Origin: Bacteroidales bacterium
Lineage (GTDB): Bacteria > Bacteroidota > Bacteroidia > Bacteroidales > P3
Assembly: GCA_045222795.1 (NCBI GenBank)
Contig: JBGUZF010000017.1
Location: 4,079 to 68,078, forward strand
Length of the DNA stretch: 64,000 nt
Direction of reading: 5' to 3'
Shown: positions 7,810-15,887 of the stretch, in pieces
How the letters are laid out: each line of letters begins with the position of its first letter
Position numbering within the stretch: position 1 is the stretch's first letter
Notes under the pieces: generated by a model
Told to the model about the DNA's origin: nothing
Databases searched by the model: none
Seen by the model: only the letters and a program-made list of their open reading frames with translations
Made by a program: the position numbers and the translations under genes

Positions 7810-10074
7810 TTATTGGACAATTATGCGGCCGGCGGCCTTGCCGTCGACCTGTATCATATAGACGCCGGCCGCCGGCACGGTGAAGGTGCGACGGTTGGCA
7901 ATAAGGCGGCCCTGCATATCGTACACGGTAATCGCAGTGCCTTCGGGAACATCAACGCTCACACTGCGACCAAGGACGGCAACACGAACAGGTGTGCTTT
8001 CGACTTCGTCGATACCTATGCAATAGGCAAACCAGACCGAGAGTGTGGTATCGTTCTCGGCCACGAAGACCAAGGGGTTGGTGTGATCACCAGCGGCGTT
8101 GTATTCGTCGCCCCAATTCCAACTGAACGAGATGCCGGGATCAACGGTGACCGTCACGGTGTCACCAGCATTATACTGTCCTGCGCCAACAACGCTGATA
8201 CCACCCTCCTGCATGTCCTCTTCGCTCATGTGCGTGTCGATAGTCACCACAACGGGCCGTTCGTCGAAGATGCCGCGGAGCATCCAGGTGTAGAAGACAC
8301 CATCGGCCTGGTCGTAGGGCACCCAGCCCGTAGGCAGGTGGTACCATATACCGTCGCTGCTGCCACAGTAGCGGCCCATGGTAGCGGGGTAGCCGCCGCC
8401 CTCGTAACGGAGGGTAATCCACACGGTAGCCGTGTCGGCAATCCATAGGGCCGAGTCGAGGGCGACAGTGTTCCACTGCTTGATAAACGCGTTGGAGGAG
8501 TAGACATCCTTGGAATATATCGGTGTGGCGCCGTTGATGTCGTCGGCGACATAGACGGCAAGGGTGTAGAGACCCTGCTGATAGGGTATGTACTGCACGG
8601 CGGTGAGGCTGCGGTGGCCGTTGCGCACAGCGGCAGGCAGACGGATGCCCCACTGGGTGGTGTCGCCATAGTCGTCGTGCCACGACGAGCGGTAGCCGTC
8701 GTCGCAGTAGCCCACGGTGTCGCCATGGACAGGTTCGAAGATAGCCGAGTCAGTGATGTCGCCGTTGGCAAGGAAATAGAGGGGGTTCTCTGTGGAGCCG
8801 CCGACCCAGCGGAGGAAGCGGTAACCCTCGTTGGCATGGGCGCACACAGCCACATCGTCGACGAAGGGGGTGTAGGTGCCGTTGCCTGTGACGGTGCCCA
8901 TGGTGCTGTCGAAGCGCATGTCGACCACGGCGACGCTGTCGGACGAGGCTGCCGAAGGCATGATGCCAATAACGGCAGAGTTGTTCAGGTTGAAGGTATA
9001 TGTGGCGTTGCCGCCGATGCCGCCGGCTCCCGGCGAGAGCGAGTCGGTGGTGTAGTAGCCGTCGTAGGCTCCGCCCCAACCCCAGTTGACGTGGAACATG
9101 CCTACAGAGTCTATACCGTCGAGCACGAAGGCGTGACCGCCAGAAGAGTCGTGTCCTGCATAAAGCACAGGACGGCTTGCAAGAATCTCGGTGGCTATCA
9201 GTTCGTCCCATTCGGCATCGCTGTGCTCTTCCTTGTAGATGCTGTAGAGCAGGGGGCTGTACTTGAAGTAGGTCTTCAGGGCTGTCTCGGCGGAGGGGTA
9301 GTTGGCGTAGCCGTGCGAGTTGACGGCGGCGCCGCTGCCGCTGGGGCTGTAATTCATACGGACAGCCACACCGACGTGGTACATCAGCTCGGCGACGGCC
9401 ATTATCTCGGCGCTGTCGCTGGCAGCACTAAGGGCGTTGGGCATAAGGTTCCAGCGGTAGTGCGTAGTATCGAAGACTGCCGAGAGGACGCCATAGGAAT
9501 AGGTATTGTAGGAGTAGCTCCCCCACCCCACCTCGGGGTGGTTCCAGTATTTCATCACCTGGGCTGTGGCCGTAGCCGTACAGCCGGTGACGCAGTAGGC
9601 CGAGTCGTTGTAGTCGTAGGGGCATAATAAATTATACCGCGGGCGCTGGTTCCACGTAGTGGTCAGCAGCGGAGCCACGGTATCCCAGCCTGTCTTGGGC
9701 ATGGGGTTGTCCCACAGGTCCTGCACCGCAGCCGAGGGCACGGCACCTGCATCGCGCAACGACGCAATCTCGCGGCGGTAGCCGTCGAACCACACCCGCA
9801 CATGGTCGGGCATAGCGGTGAGGTCGCCTATATAGCCATCCATCGAATAGGCCAGCACGGGGCGTGTGCAGTCGTCGGCAGAGACGATGGCGAAGCCGGG
9901 AGCACCGTCGTGGACGAAGACATACAGCTCGTCCCAGTCGGAGGGCTGCACGGCCACAGCGGGCGCGAAGAAATTATTCTCTACTATTGCACGTGCGCGC
10001 GCGAGGTCGACGGGCTTGGCAAGGCTTGCGGCCACCACAAGCATGGCGGCCAGCGTCATAAGGAGTCTTTTCAT
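7810..10074 (-). CDS. Peptidase C10 family cysteine protease paralog with propeptide and probable T9SS C-terminal domain
   Basis: 754 aa. Motifs: FAIVSADDCTRPVLAYS, TGCTATATAQVMKYWNHP, GGHAFVLDG ... HVNWGWGG. The C-terminus is AGVYMIQVDGKAAGRIIVQ. Confidence 0.9.
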   Translation of the reverse strand: MKRLLMTLAAMLVVAASLAKPVDLARARAIVENNFFAPAVAVQPSDWDELYVFVHDGAPGFAIVSADDCTRPVLAYSMDGYIGDLTAMPDHVRVWFDGYRREIASLRDAGAVPSAAVQDLWDNPMPKTGWDTVAPLLTTTWNQRPRYNLLCPYDYNDSAYCVTGCTATATAQVMKYWNHPEVGWGSYSYNTYSYGVLSAVFDTTHYRWNLMPNALSAASDSAEIMAVAELMYHVGVAVRMNYSPSGSGAAVNSHGYANYPSAETALKTYFKYSPLLYSIYKEEHSDAEWDELIATEILASRPVLYAGHDSSGGHAFVLDGIDSVGMFHVNWGWGGAYDGYYTTDSLSPGAGGIGGNATYTFNLNNSAVIGIMPSAASSDSVAVVDMRFDSTMGTVTGNGTYTPFVDDVAVCAHANEGYRFLRWVGGSTENPLYFLANGDITDSAIFEPVHGDTVGYCDDGYRSSWHDDYGDTTQWGIRLPAAVRNGHRSLTAVQYIPYQQGLYTLAVYVADDINGATPIYSKDVYSSNAFIKQWNTVALDSALWIADTATVWITLRYEGGGYPATMGRYCGSSDGIWYHLPTGWVPYDQADGVFYTWMLRGIFDERPVVVTIDTHMSEEDMQEGGISVVGAGQYNAGDTVTVTVDPGISFSWNWGDEYNAAGDHTNPLVFVAENDTTLSVWFAYCIGIDEVESTPVRVAVLGRSVSVDVPEGTAITVYDMQGRLIANRRTFTVPAAGVYMIQVDGKAAGRIIVQ

Positions 10075-10082
10075 CTATGGAT

Positions 10083-10121
10083 AAAAAAAAGAGCAGACAC
10101 CGCCGCGGGCAGGTGTCTGCT
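10083..10121 (-). terminator. Rho-independent terminator after atpG
   Basis: The minus strand has agcagacacc / ggtgtctgct as a 10-bp stem followed by TTTTTTTT. It starts 14 nt after the atpG stop. Confidence 0.8.
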
Positions 10122-10134
10122 GTTTGTTCATTGT

Positions 10135-11010
10135 TTAACCTTTAAGGGCTTCGGAGCCGCTCACTATCTCGATAATCTCGTTGGTGATGGAGGCCTGGCG
10201 CGCTTTGTTGTAGCTCAGCCGCAGGTCTTTCAGCAGCTCGGTGGCGTTGTCGGTGGCTTTCTGCATGGCAGTCATGCGTGCTCCGTGTTCGGCGGCCAGC
10301 GAGTCGAGCACCACGCGGTAGAAGGTGGAGCGCAACGTCAAAGGTATCATCTCGCGCAGTATCTCCTCCTTCGAGGGTTCGAAGATATAGTCGTTGTTGC
10401 CTTTCGGCTTTCCACTTTCATCTTTCCGCTTTCCACTTTCCACGGGCAAGAACTGCTCGCACGAGAGCACCTGCGACAGCGAGTTCTTGAACTGATTGTA
10501 GACCAGCTCCACGCGGTCGATGGCCTTGTCGGCGAAGTCGGCCAGCAAGTTGTCGGCCAGCGTGGCTATGGCGTCGAACGAGGGGCTGTCGAGCAGCATA
10601 TCGTATGACGAGACCTTGAGGTCTTTCTGGCGCGAGAGGAGCTCGGAGGCCTTCTTGCCGATGGTTATCAGCTGTATGGCGGCTTTCTCCTGGCGCCAGT
10701 GGTCTATGCGCTGCTGGGCGAGCTTGAGGACATTGCTGTTGAAGGCGCCGCAGAGACCCTTGTTGCTGGTGACCACCACCAGCACCACGGTCTGCACGGG
10801 ACGCACAGCATGGTATGGAGTCATCACGCCTTCGCCGGTGTCGATGTCGGCGATAATCTCGTTGAGCTGGGCCGCATAGGGGCGCATGCCGATGATGGCA
10901 TTCTGCGCGCGGCGGAACTTGGCGGCAGAGACCATCTTCATGGCGGAGGTGATCTGCTGCGTCGAGCTCACCGAGGCTATTCGCGTGCGTACTTCTTTTA
11001 GATTTGCCAT
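10135..11010 (-). CDS. atpG: F-type ATP synthase gamma subunit
   Basis: 291 aa. The N-terminus MANLKEVRTRIASVSSTQQITSAMKMVSAAKFRRAQ and the C-terminus ITNEIIEIVSG are typical of the gamma subunit. Confidence 0.95.
   Translation of the reverse strand: MANLKEVRTRIASVSSTQQITSAMKMVSAAKFRRAQNAIIGMRPYAAQLNEIIADIDTGEGVMTPYHAVRPVQTVVLVVVTSNKGLCGAFNSNVLKLAQQRIDHWRQEKAAIQLITIGKKASELLSRQKDLKVSSYDMLLDSPSFDAIATLADNLLADFADKAIDRVELVYNQFKNSLSQVLSCEQFLPVESGKRKDESGKPKGNNDYIFEPSKEEILREMIPLTLRSTFYRVVLDSLAAEHGARMTAMQKATDNATELLKDLRLSYNKARQASITNEIIEIVSGSEALKG
10401..10442. repeat. Heptamer array (ctttcgg/ctttcca/ctttcat/ctttccg/ctttcca/ctttcca) in frame inside atpG
   Basis: Six 7-nt units, read directly. They encode ESGKRKDESGKPKG just before the conserved YIFEPS segment. 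Confidence 0.8.
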
Positions 11011-11019
11011 TTCTTTATT

Positions 11020-11098
11020 AGTGGGTAGTGGGTAGTGGATAGTGGGTAGTAAGATGCACTGGTTTATATGCTACCAACTACACACTATCCACTATAAA
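11020..11098. repeat. Periodic-arm hairpin (agtgggt-type units, loop, ctaccaa/ctacaca/ctatcca/ctataaa units) in the atpA-atpG spacer
   Basis: A hand alignment of the left arm against the reverse complement of the right arm gives 20 of 28 matches. The mismatches recur at the same position in each heptamer. Confidence 0.8.
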
Positions 11099-12676
<1,578 letters not shown>

Positions 12677-12683
12677 ACTGTTT

Positions 12684-12765
12684 TAGTTTTAAGTTTTAAG
12701 TTTTAAGCTTTAAGTGGGCTTACGCAGCCACTTAATACTTACAGCTTAAAGCTCACAGCTTACTT
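12684..12765. repeat. Periodic-arm hairpin (gttttaa/gctttaa units versus cttaata/cttacag/cttaaag units) in the atpH-atpA spacer
   Basis: Read directly from the sequence. The right arm overlaps the last codons and the stop of atpH (ESKL*). Confidence 0.8.
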
Positions 12766-13310
12766 TCATAATCATTCTTGGCAAACTCCTTGCGGAGCTT
12801 CATTATCTTGGTACGCAGACGAGCGTCGTACATGTTGTGGTCGAACTCCATCTTGAAGCCGCCGAGCATGTTTGGGTCGGTGGCTGTGTGCAGTTCCACC
12901 TTCTTGCCGGTGTACTCTGCGATGAGGCGCGAGACATACTCCTTGGCGCTCTCGTCGGTCTCTTGATGGGTTACGAGGTCGCTGCGCACTATGCCGCGAC
13001 TGTCGCGCCACTGGTCGAGGTAAGCCTCGCTGATGCCGTGGAGGTTCACCGAGCGGCTCTTCTTCACCACGAAGACGAGGAAAGCCATGGTCTCCTCGCA
13101 CACGTGGCCGTCGAAGAGAGCCTGCACAATGCCGGACTTCTTCTCATAGGGCACCGTGGGGTTGGCGAAGATGACGCTCAACTCGCGGTTCTCGGCGGTG
13201 ACACGGCTCACGAGCCTCATGTCGTCTGCCACGCGGTCGGCCTGGCCGCGGTCGGTGGCCAGCATGAACAGCGCCTTGGCGTAGTTGATATTGATGCGGT
13301 AGTCGTTCAT
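12753..13310 (-). CDS. atpH: F-type ATP synthase delta (OSCP) subunit
   Basis: 185 aa. The call rests on its position between atpF and atpA and on OSCP-like sequence. Confidence 0.85.
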   Translation of the reverse strand: MNDYRININYAKALFMLATDRGQADRVADDMRLVSRVTAENRELSVIFANPTVPYEKKSGIVQALFDGHVCEETMAFLVFVVKKSRSVNLHGISEAYLDQWRDSRGIVRSDLVTHQETDESAKEYVSRLIAEYTGKKVELHTATDPNMLGGFKMEFDHNMYDARLRTKIMKLRKEFAKNDYESKL

Positions 13311-13312
13311 GA

Positions 13313-13813
13313 TTAGTTCAGTTTGGCCATTTCAAGCTCTTTCTGAATGAGGGCGTCGGCCTTGGGCTTGTCGCTGAGCTCGGCACGGATGAGCTTCTCG
13401 GCAATCTCGATGCTGAGGTTTGCAATCTGGTTCTTGAGCTCGGTCATAGCCTTCATCTTCTCGTAGTTGATGTTCTCGCGGGCCGCCTCGACGATGCGGT
13501 CGGCTTCAGCGGTGGCCTTTGTGCGGGCATCTTCCACAATCTGCTCACTGGCGAGACGGGCGTTGCGCAGCATCTCGTCGCGTTCCATCTTGGCCTGGCG
13601 CAGCAACTCCTCGTTATGAGCCACGAGGTTCTTCATCTCCTCGCGGGCCTTGGCGGCCTCGTTGAGCGAGGCGGCGATGGCTTCCTCACGCTTCTTCAGG
13701 GCATCCAGAATCATCGGCCAGCCCCATTTCATGAGGATGAACGCCAAGATGCCGAACGAGACAAGCAACCACACGAAAGTGCCTATGCCGGGACTAATTA
13801 AGGGATTGTTCAT
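13313..13813 (-). CDS. atpF: F-type ATP synthase subunit b
   Basis: 166 aa. A single N-terminal transmembrane helix is followed by a long charged helix (EEAIAASLNEAAKAREE...). Confidence 0.9.
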   Translation of the reverse strand: MNNPLISPGIGTFVWLLVSFGILAFILMKWGWPMILDALKKREEAIAASLNEAAKAREEMKNLVAHNEELLRQAKMERDEMLRNARLASEQIVEDARTKATAEADRIVEAARENINYEKMKAMTELKNQIANLSIEIAEKLIRAELSDKPKADALIQKELEMAKLN

Positions 13814-13820
13814 TTTCCTT

Positions 13821-13892
13821 AGTATTAAGTTTTAAGCTTTAAGTTTTAAGTGACAACCCCAGAGTGTCAATTTACTCACAGCTTAAAGTTTT
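13821..13892. repeat. Periodic-arm hairpin (tattaag/ttttaag/ctttaag/ttttaag units, loop, partial complementary arm) in the atpE-atpF spacer
   Basis: Read directly from the sequence. The unit family is the same as at 5412-5493 and 12684-12765. Confidence 0.75.
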
Positions 13893-13901
13893 CTTTTTAA
13901 A

Positions 13902-13924
13902 GGGAGCAACCAATCGTTGCTCCC
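13902..13924 (-). terminator. GC-rich 9-bp hairpin just after atpE. It may be an intra-operon attenuator or a processing site.
   Basis: gggagcaac caatc gttgctccc. On the minus strand only TTTAAAAAG follows, which is a weak U tract. Confidence 0.35.
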
Positions 13925-13946
13925 AAGTGAGTTTAACGTGCGCTGT

Positions 13947-14201
13947 TTACTTGAGGACAACCAGCAAGCACAGCACGACGGCGAAGAAGGCAACACCTTC
14001 AACAAGAGCGGCGGCGATAATCATCGTCGAGCGGATGTCGCCACCGGCTTCCGGCTGGCGGGCCATGCCTTCCATGGCACCCTGACCGATTTTACCGATA
14101 CCGATACCAGCGCCGACGGTAGCCAGACCGGCTCCGATAGCAGCTCCGAGATAACCCCAGGCAATGCCGGCGATCTCCAATAAAATTGCTAATGCTGTCA
14201 T
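13947..14201 (-). CDS. atpE: F-type ATP synthase subunit c
   Basis: 84-aa hairpin proteolipid with the Gly-rich helix GAAIGAGLATVGAGIGIG and the carboxylate in ALVEGVAFF. Confidence 0.95.
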   Translation of the reverse strand: MTALAILLEIAGIAWGYLGAAIGAGLATVGAGIGIGKIGQGAMEGMARQPEAGGDIRSTMIIAAALVEGVAFFAVVLCLLVVLK

Positions 14202-14274
14202 AATGCTTTGTATTTGTTTGTTAAACTGTTGTTATTCCCTTTCTGAGTTTTTCGTACAACGACGAATTCGAGTG

Positions 14275-14282
14275 CAAAGATA
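14275..14282 (-). promoter_or_regulatory. Candidate -7 promoter element (TAtcTTTG) upstream of atpE
   Basis: The plus strand reads caaagata, about 74 nt upstream of the atpE ATG, inside the 120-nt AT-rich nadB-atpE spacer. Confidence 0.45.
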
Positions 14283-14322
14283 ACACTTTTTTTTAAATAA
14301 AATGTTAAATGTGCAAAACTTT

Positions 14323-15882
14323 TTAGATTAGGTCGAGGCTATAGTGGAGTCCGACGTTCTGGCGTCGGGCTCGAGCCATCTTGATAATCAAATAGCTGCA
14401 GGCAATAAGGTTGCGCAGTTCGGAGAGCGGCTCGGTAAGTACCGAGCGGTTGTAGAGGTCTTCTGTCTCACGGAAGATGAGGTTCAGGCGGTCAAAGGCG
14501 CGCTGCAGACGCAGGTCGCTGCGCACGATGCCCACATAGTTCCACATGATTTCCTGCAGCTCGCGCTTGGTCTGGGTGATGAGCACCATCTCTTCGTTGA
14601 GCACCATGCCCTCGGCATTCCAGTCGGGCACCACGGTCTTGAACTCGATGTTCGGCAGGCGCTCGATGGCCGACATAGCGGCGTTGTGGGCATAGACCAC
14701 GGCCTCTAGGAGCGAGTTGCTGGCCAGACGGTTGCCGCCGTGGAGACCTGTGCAGCTGCACTCGCCGGCAGCATAGAGGTTGTGGATGGAGGACTCGCCG
14801 TGACGGTCGACCTTGACGCCGCCACACTGATAGTGCGCCGCAGGACGGATGGGTATCATGTCTCGCGTGATGTCAATGCCGATGGAGAGGCACTTGGCAT
14901 AAATGGTGGGGAAGCCCTCTATGAGGTGCTTCTTGCCTATACCGCGGGCGTCGAGGTATAGGTAGTCTTTACCGCTGAGCTTCATCTCGTTATCGATGGC
15001 GCGGGCCACGATGTCACGCGGCGCGAGGCTCAGGCGCGAGTCGTACTTCTGCATGAACTCCTTGCCGTCACGGTCTTTCAACACAGCACCGGCACCACGC
15101 ATGGCCTCGGTGATGAGGAAGGCTGGCTTCTCGGCGGGATTGTAGAGACTTGTGGGATGGAACTGCATGAACTCAAGGTCCTTCAGCACGCCGCGGGCGC
15201 GGTGTACCATAGCCACACCGTCACCTGTGGAGATGACCGGCGTAGTGGTTGTACTGTAGACGTTGCCCATGCCGCCAGTGGCCAGCAGAGTGACCTTTGC
15301 CAGGTAGGTGTCGATGCGGTTGGTGTCGCAGTCGAGGGCATAGACGCCATAGCACTCGATGTCGGGCGTGTGCTTGGTGACACGCTGGCCCAGATGGTGC
15401 TGGGTAATGATGTCGATGGCGAACTGGCGTTCCTTGATTTCTATGTTGGGGTGCTGACGAACAGCCTCAAGGAGGCCGCGTTCAATCTCCTCTCCAGTGT
15501 TGTCCTTGTGGTGGAGTATGCGGAACTCGGAGTGGCCACCTTCGCGGTGGAGGTCGAACTTGTCGCCCTTGCGGTCGAGGTCGAAGTTGACGCCGTACTG
15601 CACCAACTCGCGGATGCGGTCGGGGGCTTCGCGGATGGTCATCTCCACCACCTCGCGGTCGCAGATGCCGTCGCCAGCAACGAGAGTGTCGTGGATATGC
15701 TTGTCGAACGAGTCGCTGTCGTACATCACAGCGGCGATGCCGCCCTGAGCGTAGCGCGTGCTGCCTTCCGCGGCATCACCCTTGGTGAGGATGCACACCT
15801 TGCCATAGGGGGCCACCTTGAGGGCGAAGCTGAGACCGGCGATACCGGAACCAACTATGAGAAAATCAACTTGGTGACGCAT
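14323..15882 (-). CDS. nadB: L-aspartate oxidase
   Basis: 519 aa. FAD-binding N-terminus DFLIVGSGIAGLSFA, plus RYAQGGIAA and GGNRLASNSLLE motifs. Confidence 0.92.
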   Translation of the reverse strand: MRHQVDFLIVGSGIAGLSFALKVAPYGKVCILTKGDAAEGSTRYAQGGIAAVMYDSDSFDKHIHDTLVAGDGICDREVVEMTIREAPDRIRELVQYGVNFDLDRKGDKFDLHREGGHSEFRILHHKDNTGEEIERGLLEAVRQHPNIEIKERQFAIDIITQHHLGQRVTKHTPDIECYGVYALDCDTNRIDTYLAKVTLLATGGMGNVYSTTTTPVISTGDGVAMVHRARGVLKDLEFMQFHPTSLYNPAEKPAFLITEAMRGAGAVLKDRDGKEFMQKYDSRLSLAPRDIVARAIDNEMKLSGKDYLYLDARGIGKKHLIEGFPTIYAKCLSIGIDITRDMIPIRPAAHYQCGGVKVDRHGESSIHNLYAAGECSCTGLHGGNRLASNSLLEAVVYAHNAAMSAIERLPNIEFKTVVPDWNAEGMVLNEEMVLITQTKRELQEIMWNYVGIVRSDLRLQRAFDRLNLIFRETEDLYNRSVLTEPLSELRNLIACSYLIIKMARARRQNVGLHYSLDLI

Positions 15883-15887
15883 GACTG

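Noticed and set aside
14202-14322. A hidden or degraded atpB between nadB and atpE
   Set aside because: The gap is only 120 nt of AT-rich non-coding sequence, which is far too short for a polytopic a subunit. No frame-shifted remnant is visible.
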